A model generated the notes under the pieces. The model made no database searches. It had not been told where the DNA came from and was given only the letters and a program-made list of their open reading frames with translations. A stretch of DNA of 64,000 bases, from assembly GCA_965215335.1 (NCBI GenBank), contig CBDCDA010000002.1, positions 896,001-960,000 of the forward strand. Reading direction: 5' to 3'. Position numbers and translations under genes: made by a program. Below, one piece after another: positions 9,701 to 20,237 of this stretch (positions within the stretch are counted from its first letter, which is position 1; each line of letters begins with the position of its first letter). Origin of the DNA: an uncultured Candidatus Entotheonella sp. (GTDB lineage Bacteria; Tectomicrobia; Entotheonellia; Entotheonellales; Entotheonellaceae).

Positions 9701-10200
9701 GCGACGATGAAGTCGATGATGTGGCGCGGGGTGCGGAACTGTCCGGCGTCGCCCTGCGCGCCGAGGACGGAGAGCAGGTACTCGAAGGCATCGCCCAGGC
9801 GCTCGGAATGGTCGTAGGCGAACGTGTCGACGACCTTGAGAAAGGCGCGCAGGGTTTCCGGGTCGCGGTAGGGCAGGTAGGCGTTGTTGAAGATGTCGCG
9901 GAAGAGCGGCGGGATACCCGGGTTTTCCGGCATGCGGGTGACGGCCTCGGCGTACAGGTCGAGGACCTCGTGGCCGCCCAGGCCGGCGCGCACCAGTCGG
10001 GGCCAGCCGTAGCGCGCGAAGTCGCCGGCGAAGAACTGGCGCCGGCCGCCCAGCGCCTCGCTCTCGGCGTCGATGTCGTCCATGAACTTGTAGATGAGGG
10101 CGATGGTGATCTGCTCGACCTGGCTCTTGGGGTCGGGCACCTTGCCCACGAGGATGTCGCGGGCGGTGTCGATGCGGCGTTTGGTAGCGACGTCTAGCAT
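9701..10200 (-). pseudogene. hsdM: Type I restriction-modification methyltransferase subunit M, truncated by IS66
   Basis: MLDVATKRRIDTARDILVGKVPDP...LGDAFEYLL...GQFRTPRHIIDFIV, cut by the IS66 IR before the SAM-binding DPACGTGG and NPPF motifs. Confidence 0.88.
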
Positions 10201-10299
10201 TTTGGCTTTCTGACCGTTCAGTCTGGCGGTGCGACCCGATGCCGTGAAAATGGCGGTTAACGCTCCCGCTTCTCCGTGCAGCGAGGACGGGTTTTCTCG

Positions 10300-10329
10300 A
10301 TCCACAATCCAGAATCCGCAATTCACAAT
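10300..10329. repeat. Degenerate heptamer tandem repeat
   Basis: ATCCACA ATCCAGA ATCCGCA ATTCACA AT. Confidence 0.75.
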
Positions 10330-10333
10330 GATT

Positions 10334-12878
10334 TTACGCGGCGAACTGGTTCAGCGACACGTAGTCCTTGATGTACGCCGGGACGCTGCGGCGGTATGAC
10401 TGGGGCACCTGCCGCAGGTCGGCCATGGAGAATGCGGGGTTGGTGGACAGCGCTGCGAATTCCCGGGTGTCGATGATGTGGCGGAACTGGCCGTTGGTGG
10501 CATACGCCTTGAAATAGGCCTTGACGGACGGCAGCGCCTGCGGGTCCGGCGGCTCGTGCTGGATGATGAACTTGTCGAATTCCTCTTCCAGCAGCTCGTC
10601 CCTGGACTTGAACCGGGGGATGAGGTCGAAGACGCGCTCCAGGATTTCCCGCAGCGTCAACCGGCGGTCCACCGCGGCGGCCTTGCGCAACTTGTCGAGG
10701 GTGTAGTAAGCCTCGGGCTTGTCGAAGACCTCGCGGTTGACGTAATCGATGACCCGGTCCCACCGGCCCGCCTCGACGGCCTGCTTCACGGTCTCATCCT
10801 GGCGCACCGTGTCCGCGAAGCGGTCGAACAGCATCCGGTCGATCTTCATCCCCTCATACCCGACGGGCGCTTCCTTCAGGGTGGCGAGGATGTCGGCGCC
10901 GAGGTGTTCGTAAGCGCGCACCCACGACGGCGAGGTGCCGCCCGGTTGTCCATCCTCATCGTCGCCATTCCCGCTCGGCGCCGGCGGCAATTCCAGCACC
11001 TCGTCATAGTTGAACCCGGTCTCGAAGAACTCGCAGCTGGCGAAGAAATCGAACAGCTTGAAGGTGGTCTTTTCCGGCTTGGCCACGCCCGCGGCGATGG
11101 TTGTATCAAGGCACTGTTCGGTGAAGTCGTGCCGGCGGGTTCCCCGGCCCTTGATCTGCACGAAGTCCGTGGGTGAGAAGATGGGCCGGAACAAGCCGAC
11201 GTTCAGAATGTCGGTGCAGTCGTAGCCGGTGGTCATCATGCCGACGGTGACGCACACCCGTGCCTTGCTGGTGCGATAGGCGTCCAGGAAGTTTCCCGAA
11301 CCCATCAGGTTGTTGTTGGCGAAGTTGATCGTGAACCGCTGGGCGTCGGGAACCCGGGAGGTGACCTGCACGGCGAAATCCGACTGGTACCGGCCCGGAA
11401 ACGTCACGTCCGCCATGGCGTTGAGGGTCTGCGTCAGCCTGGCGGCGTGGTTCTGCGACACGGCGAACACGATGGACTTGCCGATTTCGCCGCTGACCGG
11501 GTCGCGCAGGGCGTTCTCCAGGAAGGTCTTGCAGAACACCTGATTGGTGGCGTCGGCAAAGAATCGCTTCTCGAATTCGCGCTGCCGGAACGTTTCCTCG
11601 CGCGCCTCGCCGGTGTCGTCGGTGAACGAAACCGTGAAGCCGTCCGCCGCCAGGAGTCGCGTCGTCACTTCCGTGCGCGCGTCCACCACGGTCGGGTTGA
11701 CCAGACAGCCGTCCCGCACTCCGTCGAGCAGCGAGTAGCGGAAGGTGGGCTGTCCGCTCTCGCATCCGAAGGTGCGGTAGGTGTCGAGCAGCAGCCGTCG
11801 CTCGGCCTCGCGGGGATCGTGTACGGGGCGGGCAGCGTTTTGAGCGCCCCTCAGGTAGTCGCGCGGCGTGGCGGTGAGGCCGAGCTTGTAGCCGACGAAG
11901 TAGTCGAAGACGGCGCGGGCGTTGCCGCCGATGGAGCGGTGCGCCTCGTCGGAGATGACGAGGTCGAAGTCCGTCGGCGAGAAGAGCGTCTGGTACTTGT
12001 TGTTGAACAGCAGCGCCTGCACGGTGGTCACGACGATATGGGCGCTGCGCCAGTCGGCGCGCTTCTCCTTTGTAGATCACGGTGTCGAAATCGTTGGACA
12101 GGCAAGGGCGGAACGCCCGGGCGGCCTGGTCTTCCAGTTCCAGGCGGTCGACCAGGAAGAGAACGCGACCGGCGTTGCCGGTGCGCAGGAACAGCTTGAT
12201 GATCGCGGCCGCAACCAGGGTCTTGCCGGTGCCGGTGGCCATCTCGAACAGGAACCGGTCGCTGCCCTGCCGCACGGCTTGCTGCAAGCCGTGCACGGCG
12301 CGAAGCTGGTAGTCCCGCAGGAAGCGCAGAGCGTGGGTGCGGACGTAGCCGGCGCGCTCGGTCTCGTTGCGCCAGGCCGCTTCCGAGGTATAGTTGGGCC
12401 GCTGCGTCAGCACGATGTAATCGTCGCCGACCGGTTCATCAACCAGGCGCTGCGGATCGGGGACGGCCTTGCGGAAGGCGCCGACCGATTCCGGCGTGGG
12501 GAAGGCGGTGATGATATGGGGGTCGCCGCGTTCCAGGTCCCAGAAGTAGTGCAGATTGCCGTTGGACAGCATGACGAACCGGCAGTTCAGGGAACGTGCG
12601 TACCTGCGCGCCTGTTCCTTGCCGACCAGCGGCTGCCGGCGCTCCGACTTCGCCTCCAGCACGACCAAGGGGAGCCCCCGGTCGTCGAGCAGCAGAAAGT
12701 CGACGAGCCCCCGTTCGGTCCGCTCGAAGTCGTCCCCCAGGGCGTCCAGGTCGGCCGGCTCGATGGCGACACCGTGCTCCAGGCTGACGTTGGCCGGCCC
12801 GCTTGCGCCGGGAAAGAAGCGCCATCCGGCTTTCACCAGCAGGGCGTTGATTCGGATGCGGGCGGTTGCTTCGTTCAT
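10334..12878 (-). pseudogene. hsdR: Type I restriction enzyme R subunit (EcoEI-like), frameshifted at ~12069-12071
   Basis: VDFLL...VLEAK nuclease motif, MATGTGKT, LFLVDR, DEAHRS, GLTATP, TTGYD and QIKGRGTR. Removing one A gives VIYKEKRADWRSAHIVVTTVQ and joins the two ORFs. Confidence 0.88.
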
Positions 12879-12945
12879 ACGCCGTTCGGTTCTCATGCCG
12901 GGGGCCTGTCCGATGCTGCCGGGTGGGCGCGGCGAATCGCAGAAA

Positions 12946-14652
12946 TCAATCGTTATCCTGAGTAACCCGCAGGACTTCCGCCGCCGTCGTTCTGCCTGCC
13001 AGGACCTTGCGCGCGCCGTCCTGCAGCAACGGTCGCATGCCGCGCTCGATGGCGGCGCTGCGCAGCATGCCGGCGTTGGCCTGCTGCATGATCAGGCGGC
13101 GGACGGGATCGTCGATCGGCAGCAGCTCGTAAATGCCGGTGCGCCCGCGATAGCCGGTGTCGCGGCAGCCGTCGCAGCCGCGGCTGAGGAACCATTCCCC
13201 CGGCGCGACGCTTGCGTCGTCGGGCGCCAGGCCGAGTTCGCGCAGCGTTTCGCGTTCCGGTCTTCCCGGTTCGCGGCATTCGGGGCACAGCACGCGCACC
13301 AGGCGTTGCGCCATCATGGCCAGCACCGAGGAAGAGATGAGGAACGGCTCGATGCCCATGTCCAGCAGTCGCGTCACCGCGCTGGCGGCGTCGTTGGTGT
13401 GCAGCGTGCTCAGGACCAGGTGCCCGGTGAGGGACGCCTGGATGGCGATTTCGGCGGTCTCGCGGTCGCGGATTTCGCCCACCATGATGACGTCCGGGTC
13501 CTGACGCAGGATGGAGCGCAGGCCGTTGGCGAAGGTCAGATCGATCCTGGGATTGACGTGAATCTGTCCGACGCCGTTGACCTGGTACTCGATCGGGTCC
13601 TCGATGGTAATGATGTTGAGTTGCGGTGAGTTGATGCGTTGCAAGGTGGCGTACAGCGTCGTGCTCTTGCCGCTGCCAGTGGGGCCGGTGACCAGAATGA
13701 TGCCGTGTGAACGGTGAATCAGTCGGCTGTAGCTGGACAACAGTTCCGGTGCCAGGCCGATTTCCTCGAGCTGGAACAGGGCGCCCGACTTGTCCAGCAG
13801 CCGCAGCACCAGGCGTTCGCCGAACGCCGTCGGCACCACCGAGACGCGGATGTCGATTTCGCGGTTGCGCACCCGGATGGCGATCCTGCCGTCCTGCGGC
13901 AGCCGCGTTTCGGCGATGTTCAGGTCGGCCATGACCTTGAGGCGCGAGGTGATGCGTGGCTGAAGCGCCTTGGGCGGCGACAGCACCTCGTGCAGCACGC
14001 CGTCGATGCGGTATCGCACCTTGAGCGTTCGCTCGAACGGCTCGATATGGATATCGCTGGCGCGGTCCCGCACCGCCTGCGACAAAATCAGGTTGACGAG
14101 CTGGATGATGGGTGCCTCGGCCTCGTGCTCGAGGATGTCCTGCGGCCCTTCCAGGTCGTGCGCCAGGCGGCCCAGCGTCTCGTCGTCCAGATTCTGGATG
14201 ACCTTGTCGGCCGTCTGCGAGCCGGTGTCGTAGAAGCGGTTCAGGGCGCTGATAATTTCGCGCTCGCTGCTCAGCACCGGCTCCACCGGCGCCTTGAGGA
14301 GCAGGCTGATGTCGTCGAGCGGCTGCAAATCCAGCGCCCGGCTGACGGCCACCAGCGCGGCGCCGTCCTGCATGCGGATCGGCACCAGCTTGTGTTGTCG
14401 CGCGAATCCCAGCGGCACGCGATGCATCAGCGACACGTCGAACTCGCCGTCAGGCAACGCCTTCCAGTACATCAGGCCGAGCTGGCGGCCCTGCGCCCGC
14501 AACAGCGCGTCGTCGCTGACCATGTGTTGCCGCAGGAGCACCTCGAACAACGGCAGCTGGCGCTCGGTGCTCAACGCCTCGGCGCGCGTCAGCTGCTCGG
14601 GCGTCAGGTCGCCGGTGTCGATCAGGATGTCAGCCAGGGACGTTCGCGGCAT
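12946..14652 (-). CDS. gspE: Type II secretion system ATPase
   Basis: ASDIHIEP, GPTGSGKSTT, TIEDPIE, LRQDPDVIMVGEIRD, tetracysteine motif. Confidence 0.95.
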   Translation of the reverse strand: MPRTSLADILIDTGDLTPEQLTRAEALSTERQLPLFEVLLRQHMVSDDALLRAQGRQLGLMYWKALPDGEFDVSLMHRVPLGFARQHKLVPIRMQDGAALVAVSRALDLQPLDDISLLLKAPVEPVLSSEREIISALNRFYDTGSQTADKVIQNLDDETLGRLAHDLEGPQDILEHEAEAPIIQLVNLILSQAVRDRASDIHIEPFERTLKVRYRIDGVLHEVLSPPKALQPRITSRLKVMADLNIAETRLPQDGRIAIRVRNREIDIRVSVVPTAFGERLVLRLLDKSGALFQLEEIGLAPELLSSYSRLIHRSHGIILVTGPTGSGKSTTLYATLQRINSPQLNIITIEDPIEYQVNGVGQIHVNPRIDLTFANGLRSILRQDPDVIMVGEIRDRETAEIAIQASLTGHLVLSTLHTNDAASAVTRLLDMGIEPFLISSSVLAMMAQRLVRVLCPECREPGRPERETLRELGLAPDDASVAPGEWFLSRGCDGCRDTGYRGRTGIYELLPIDDPVRRLIMQQANAGMLRSAAIERGMRPLLQDGARKVLAGRTTAAEVLRVTQDND

Positions 14653-14676
14653 GACGGGCGTTCTCCCGTGCAGGGG

Positions 14677-16755
14677 TCAGTCGAGCAGCCATTCGAGGTT
14701 GTCTTGCGGCTGTCCGGCGCGCAGTTTTTGCTCGATGATCTCGGGTTCGTGGGCCTGTTCCTGCTTGTGCGTCGTCACCCGGTCGATATCCTCGCGCGTG
14801 GCGATGATGTGCGGCGTCAGGAAGATCAGCAGATTGGTCTTCATGTTCTGCTTGGCCGTCTGCCTGAAAAGCCCGCCGAGCAGCGGCAGGCTTCCCAGAA
14901 AGGGCACGCGGGTTTCAGCGTCGTTGCTCGCGTCCTGAATGAGCCCGCCGAGCACGATCGTCTGGCCGTCGTCCACGATGACCGTGGTCTTCGTCGAACG
15001 CTTGGTCGTCGTCACGGCTCCCACCTCGGACTCGGACACGAAGCGGGTAATTTCCAGGAACAGTTCGGTACGCACCGTGTGCCCCTTGCTGATCTGCGGC
15101 GTGATCCGCAGGGTAATGCCGGTATCGCGAAAATCAAAGGTCCTCCTGGCGCCGGGAGAGATGATACCGTCGGAGGAGATGATATTATCGGTCGAGGTCA
15201 GAAAAGGGCGTTGCTCGCCAACGATGATCTCGGCCTCTTCGTTGTCCGTCGTCAGCAGATTCGGCGTCGCCAGCACCTCGACGCTGGTATTGCCCTGGAA
15301 GGCTCGCAACAGGATCGGGATGTTGAGAATTTGCTGCTGACCGAAGCGAATCGTGTTGCGCAGGGCGCCCACGAGAAAACCGGGGGTGCTCAGCAGGGTT
15401 GCCGGATCATTGAGCACCCCGGTGCTGTCCGATCCCGTCGTGCCGGCGAACACCTGGGTGCCATTCGGTTGATCGATGATGCGCCACTCCACCCCCAAAT
15501 CTCTGGCCGTGTCCAGCGACACCTCTGCGATCAACCCTTCCACCAGCACCTGGGCACGGCGAATATCGAGTTTCCGAATAATCTCCTCGATAACCGCGTA
15601 GGTCTCCGGGTCAGCGGTGATGACAAGGGAATTGGTCGGCTTGTCGGCGGTAATCGTGATGTCCGTGGGCGTCATGCCGCCAGCGGGCCTCCGGGCTTGC
15701 CGGGGTCGTTCGTCTGAGCGCGCCTCCTGTATCCGGGCGATTTCGGGTGCTTGCGCCGTCAGCACCTGTGCCAGTTCCTCGGCGTTGGCGTGGGACAGGT
15801 AATAGACGTGAATCTTGCCCCGTCCGGCGGGCGTCGGGATGTCCAGCCTGGTGATGATGTCCTGGGCCACCGCCATGCCGGCGGGGGTAGCGACCAGCAC
15901 CAGGCTGTTCGTCCGCGTGTCGGCGATGATGGTCGGCCCGGCGCCGGCGTTCTGCGGCGCTGGACCGCTCCGCTGCCGTCGCCGTCGTCGCCGCTCCGCC
16001 TGATCCGACGGTTGCTGCCCCTCGGCGATGGTTTGCGCCTCCGCCAGGCCCTGCAGCGCCGTCTGGAGTGAGCTTGCCAGTTCTCCGGCAGCGGCGTGCT
16101 GCAGGGGGACCACCCGGAAAATTTTCGTCGGCGCCTCCACGTCCAGGGTGGCGAGGATCTTTTTCAGCCGCGTGATGTTCGACGTCGTTTCGGTGAGAAT
16201 CAGGGTGTTCGTCGGCGCGTACGACAGCAGGCTGCTCTCCTTGGACACCAGCGGCGACAGCAGCCCGCGAATCTGGTTCACGTCCGCGAATTTCAGGGGG
16301 ATGATCTGCGTCACAAAGGCGTCGCTACTGGTTGGCGGCAGGGCGCCCTCGTCGTCCGTAGCGGTGGGGATCGGGCTGTCCTTGACGTCGCTGGACGGAA
16401 TGATCTTGATGACTGGCCCCTGCGGCACGACGGTGAAGCCGTGGATCTCCAGGATCGACAGAAAGACCTGGTACGCCTCGTCGAGGCCCACCGGCTCGGG
16501 GGCAATGAGGGTCACTTTCCCGCGCACGTTGTCGTCCACGAGAAAATTCTTGCCCGTCAATTCGCTCATCAACCGGATGACGTTCAGAATTTCCACGTCG
16601 CGGAGGTTCAGCTGGATCTGATTGCCGTTGTCTGGTGCCTCGGTCCCGGCAGCGGTTTTTGCGTCGTCCAGCCGCGCCGCGTAACCCGCGTCGAGCCCTG
16701 CCAGCACGATGCCGGTCAACAACAATCCGAGCACACCGAGCTTGTACGAACGCAT
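14677..16755 (-). CDS. gspD: Type II secretion system secretin
   Basis: Signal peptide, N0-N3 domains, RRAQVLVEGLIAEV, VPFLGSLPLLGGLFR, TNLLIFLTPHII. Confidence 0.95.
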   Translation of the reverse strand: MRSYKLGVLGLLLTGIVLAGLDAGYAARLDDAKTAAGTEAPDNGNQIQLNLRDVEILNVIRLMSELTGKNFLVDDNVRGKVTLIAPEPVGLDEAYQVFLSILEIHGFTVVPQGPVIKIIPSSDVKDSPIPTATDDEGALPPTSSDAFVTQIIPLKFADVNQIRGLLSPLVSKESSLLSYAPTNTLILTETTSNITRLKKILATLDVEAPTKIFRVVPLQHAAAGELASSLQTALQGLAEAQTIAEGQQPSDQAERRRRRRQRSGPAPQNAGAGPTIIADTRTNSLVLVATPAGMAVAQDIITRLDIPTPAGRGKIHVYYLSHANAEELAQVLTAQAPEIARIQEARSDERPRQARRPAGGMTPTDITITADKPTNSLVITADPETYAVIEEIIRKLDIRRAQVLVEGLIAEVSLDTARDLGVEWRIIDQPNGTQVFAGTTGSDSTGVLNDPATLLSTPGFLVGALRNTIRFGQQQILNIPILLRAFQGNTSVEVLATPNLLTTDNEEAEIIVGEQRPFLTSTDNIISSDGIISPGARRTFDFRDTGITLRITPQISKGHTVRTELFLEITRFVSESEVGAVTTTKRSTKTTVIVDDGQTIVLGGLIQDASNDAETRVPFLGSLPLLGGLFRQTAKQNMKTNLLIFLTPHIIATREDIDRVTTHKQEQAHEPEIIEQKLRAGQPQDNLEWLLD

Positions 16756-16788
16756 GGAATCCTCATTCTCGGGTCGAGTCGCGGTCGG

Positions 16789-17715
16789 CTATCGAATTTC
16801 GTAGGTGAGGGTAGTGGGGCTGTTGCGCCGCAGGATTTCCAGCCGCACGGTGGGTTCACTTTGAATCGCCTGATACGCCTTCAAGGCTTCTTCCGGTGAA
16901 TTGACGTCCAGCCCGTTGACCCGCTGCAACACATCGCCGTTGAGCAGGCCGATACGCCGCAGCAGGCCCGACCGCAGACGGGTCAGGCGAAAGCCGCTCG
17001 GCTTGCCCTGGATCGAGTGCGGGGTCATCCGTACCTGCCGCGATAACGTTCCGAGGTCGGCAAATTGTTCCATGATCAAATCCCGCTTGACGCGCCAGGT
17101 CCCTTGGTCGATCCGCACGATGTCGTCGGCCGCCGGTGCGTCCGCCGGGGTGGCGGAACCGTTACGAGTATCCCGGGCGCGCCGCGGCGCGGGTCTGCCG
17201 TTGGTGTCGCTGGCGCCGCTGTCGTCGTCGAAGCACAATTTCTCGCGTTGCCGGCGCGTATCGAGCAATACGCATTCGGGACGAATGTCGATAATCGCCG
17301 CGCGCTGCACCACGTCGCCAATCTGGTAGAGGTCCTGCGTGCCGCTGCGTTGGAGGTCTTCGATGATGGCGTACTGCGGCGGCGGCGAGTCTCCCGCCAC
17401 GATGCCGATCAGCCGCAGGCGAAGCCGCGTCGGCTGCACCGCTTCCTCGATGGCCTTCACCGCGACCACCGGCGCCGGATCGTCCGACGGCGGGTTGGCG
17501 TTGAACAGGTTGCGCTCCGAAATGATGGCGTAGTCGGCCAGGGCCAGGCGCTTGACCGCCGGCGCCGCGGGGCTCGCAAGCCGGGCCGGCGGTTGCACGG
17601 ACGGCGCGCTGAGCCGCATCGTCACGTACGCCTTGGCGATGTCGGCGGCCATGACCGACGCAACGGTGACGAGGAGCACATAGGCGAGCCAGAAACAGCA
17701 TTTCAGCATCGTCAC
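16789..17715 (-). CDS. gspC: Type II secretion system protein C (HR + PDZ domains)
   Basis: N-terminal TM, LRLIGIV, YQIGDVV, C-terminal PDZ (IGLLNGDVLQRVNG); directly upstream of gspD. Confidence 0.88.
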   Translation of the reverse strand: MTMLKCCFWLAYVLLVTVASVMAADIAKAYVTMRLSAPSVQPPARLASPAAPAVKRLALADYAIISERNLFNANPPSDDPAPVVAVKAIEEAVQPTRLRLRLIGIVAGDSPPPQYAIIEDLQRSGTQDLYQIGDVVQRAAIIDIRPECVLLDTRRQREKLCFDDDSGASDTNGRPAPRRARDTRNGSATPADAPAADDIVRIDQGTWRVKRDLIMEQFADLGTLSRQVRMTPHSIQGKPSGFRLTRLRSGLLRRIGLLNGDVLQRVNGLDVNSPEEALKAYQAIQSEPTVRLEILRRNSPTTLTYEIR

Positions 17716-18518
17716 GGCTCCAGAAGCCGGCGGAATTCCGGCGCGTTGCGCACCGGGTCGAAATCGACGTCCGTTTTTGCCCAGACGCGGGCCTCGGGAT
17801 CGATGGCCATGGCCTGGCGCAGGTATTCCCCTGCGCTTGCCGCGTTTCCAGCGCGTCCATGTACGCAGGCCAGGTTGTAATAGGCGAGGCTGTAGGAACT
17901 GTCCAGCCGCAGCACCGCCTGGAAGGCCGCGCTGGCGCGGTCGTCCAGGGTGAGTCGCAGGTACGTGCTTCCGAGGTTGTTGCGGGCTTTGACGTCAAGC
18001 GGGTTGAGCGCCAGGGCGGCTCGATACATGTCGATGGCGCGGTGGTACTCGCCCTGATGGTAGAGCGCGTTGCCGCGGGCGGTATAGTCGGCGGCCGTGG
18101 CCGGCGGGGTGGGGCGTCGTGCGGCGGCGACCTGGACGGGGCGGACCGGGGTGACGCCGGCAGTCCTTGACGGGGCCGGTTGCTGTTCGGGAACGGGGTC
18201 GGCGACCCGGCGGGCGGGTTTGAAAGCCGCTTCTGCCGCTTTTGCCGGCTGCACGGATTGCAGTTGGGGAACCAAACCGGCGACGGGCCGAGTTGGCCCG
18301 GGGACCGTCCCGTGTGCCGTCGGACTGGCAAGCCAGGTGTGCAGCGTAGCGCCGAGGCTCAAGGCGAACAGCGCCGCCGTGACGATCCAAAACGCCTGGC
18401 CGCGCCGGCGGCGGGGCGCACCGTCAGAGGCCGGTGCGGGCAGGAGCCAGGCCGTGCCACCTTGCGCCAGTTGCTGTTCACGCTGCGCCTTTTTCAAGGC
18501 TTGATGGATGATGCTCAT
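17712..18518 (-). CDS. GspB/MshN-like membrane-anchored TPR protein
   Basis: MSIIHQALKKAQRE N-terminus typical of GspB/ExeB, TM helix, Pro-rich linker, C-terminal TPRs. Confidence 0.7.
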   Translation of the reverse strand: MSIIHQALKKAQREQQLAQGGTAWLLPAPASDGAPRRRRGQAFWIVTAALFALSLGATLHTWLASPTAHGTVPGPTRPVAGLVPQLQSVQPAKAAEAAFKPARRVADPVPEQQPAPSRTAGVTPVRPVQVAAARRPTPPATAADYTARGNALYHQGEYHRAIDMYRAALALNPLDVKARNNLGSTYLRLTLDDRASAAFQAVLRLDSSYSLAYYNLACVHGRAGNAASAGEYLRQAMAIDPEARVWAKTDVDFDPVRNAPEFRRLLEP

Positions 18519-18533
18519 AAGCGGCGCTCGCGG

Positions 18534-20156
18534 TTACGTCGTGCGTTCCAGGGCATCGCCACCGAAATGCAGCAGGGTGATCAGCGTCTGCCGCCCGGCG
18601 TAGCCATCGACGGGCAACCAATTGTCGCGCTGGAATCGCTTGACGGCCTGCTGCGTTTGCGTATTGAAGAGTCCGGAGGGTTTTCCCGGGAAATATCCGC
18701 CCTGCTTCAACGCCTGCTGCAAGGCTTGCACCGGTTCGCCCTGCATGCCTGGCCGCAGCGCCGGGCCCTCATAGGTGCTCGACTCTGCCGTCAGGTACAG
18801 CGTGCCGTACCACAGGCGCCGCAACTCGGACAGGGAGACGGGGGTCAACTCCCCTGATTCACGGTAGATCAGCACGCCGTCCGGCAGACCGTGCGCCAGC
18901 ACCCACAGCACGGCGTGGGGCGCCGCGGCATGCGGCAGCACTTTGATGAAACACGGCCGCGAAAGGTGCGGCAACTGCGCCATGCGGGGCTGAAACGGTA
19001 TCACGTCCAGCCCGTCCGCGACGGTCCGCAACAGGCTTTCCCAATCCGCTGACGCCGGGTCCTGCAAGGTCGGCAGCAGCGCCTCGGCGTTCGTCCCGAG
19101 GCGCCACAGGGCCTGTGACAATCCCAGGTTGGTCCGTAGCGCCGCCGGTGGCTCGGACTCGGGTGCGGGCGTCGCCGGGCGCGCCGACATCGGCCTGGCG
19201 TCCGGCGGCGTGAGTCCGGCGCGCATCCCGGGCAGCATCCAGGCGCTGGTGACGAGTCCCAGAAAGGCACAGCCCGTCAGGCTCGCCAGCGCCAGGCGTC
19301 CCAGCAGCCGCGTGCCCGACGCTCTGGCGCCGACCGCTTGTCGTCCGCCGTTCAGATCCCGCACGCTTTGCCGCACGATGGAGCCGTCGATGCAATGTGT
19401 TTCGCGCACAAAGGCCGTCATCAGCGCCCGGTCGCACAGCAGGTTGATGCGCCGCGGCAGCCCGCTGCTGTAGCGGTAAATCAGCGTCAGGGCGCGCCGT
19501 GTGAAGGTGATGCCGCCGTCGCTCGCGGCAGCCCCGGCCACCCGCAGGCGGTGCGCGATGTACCTGGCCATCTCGGTGCGGCTGATCTCGTGGAGATGGA
19601 ACCGCACCGCAATCCGTTGGTCCAGTTGCCGCATATCGGGCAGGGCGAGCTTGTTCCGCAACTCCGGTTGTCCGACCAGGACGATTTGCAGCAGCTTGCC
19701 GCGCGTCGTCTCCAGGTTGGAGAGCATGCGCAACTGCTCCAGCACCGTCGGCTCCAGGTTCTGCGCCTCGTCGATCACCACCACCGCGTTGCGCCCGGCG
19801 CTGAACGCCGACAGCAGGTACGTGTTCAGCCTGTCAATCTGGCGGGCACCGGAGGTGCCCGCCGTCGCCAGTCCGAAATCGCGGCTGATGGCCTCCAGGA
19901 GTTCCGTTCGGGTCAGGTAGGAATTGAAGACCAGCGCCGTGGAAACCGAGGCGTCGAGTTGCTCCAGGAGCGTCCGGCACAGCACCGTTTTGCCGGCACC
20001 GACCTCGCCGGTGATCTCGATGAACCCCTGGCGCTCGTGAACGCCGTAGAGCAGGTGGCTGAGGGCCTCTTCGTGCTGCGAGCTGAGGAACAGAAAGCGA
20101 GGGTCGGGCGTCAGATTGAACGGTGGTTCGCGCAGGTTGAAGAAGGGCAGGTACAC
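18534..20156 (-). CDS. gspA: ExeA/GspA AAA ATPase with C-terminal peptidoglycan-binding domain
   Basis: PFNLTPDPRFLF, GEVGAGKT, VIDEAQNL, LVGQPEL, AVKRFQRDNWLPVDGYAG. Confidence 0.9.
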   Translation of the reverse strand: MYLPFFNLREPPFNLTPDPRFLFLSSQHEEALSHLLYGVHERQGFIEITGEVGAGKTVLCRTLLEQLDASVSTALVFNSYLTRTELLEAISRDFGLATAGTSGARQIDRLNTYLLSAFSAGRNAVVVIDEAQNLEPTVLEQLRMLSNLETTRGKLLQIVLVGQPELRNKLALPDMRQLDQRIAVRFHLHEISRTEMARYIAHRLRVAGAAASDGGITFTRRALTLIYRYSSGLPRRINLLCDRALMTAFVRETHCIDGSIVRQSVRDLNGGRQAVGARASGTRLLGRLALASLTGCAFLGLVTSAWMLPGMRAGLTPPDARPMSARPATPAPESEPPAALRTNLGLSQALWRLGTNAEALLPTLQDPASADWESLLRTVADGLDVIPFQPRMAQLPHLSRPCFIKVLPHAAAPHAVLWVLAHGLPDGVLIYRESGELTPVSLSELRRLWYGTLYLTAESSTYEGPALRPGMQGEPVQALQQALKQGGYFPGKPSGLFNTQTQQAVKRFQRDNWLPVDGYAGRQTLITLLHFGGDALERTT

Positions 20157-20237
20157 GGTCGTGCGGCCTTTTCGTGGTGTGGCGAATCGTTCAGGAGTCT
20201 CACTGTGGTTTAGTAGTAGAGCATCCCCGTGGAGGTG

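Noticed and set aside
13714..15717. Long antisense ORFs (also 24221-25684, 36974-38590, 54430-56382, 60857-62893)
   Set aside because: They lie opposite well-supported genes and have no motifs; expected in high-GC codon-biased DNA.
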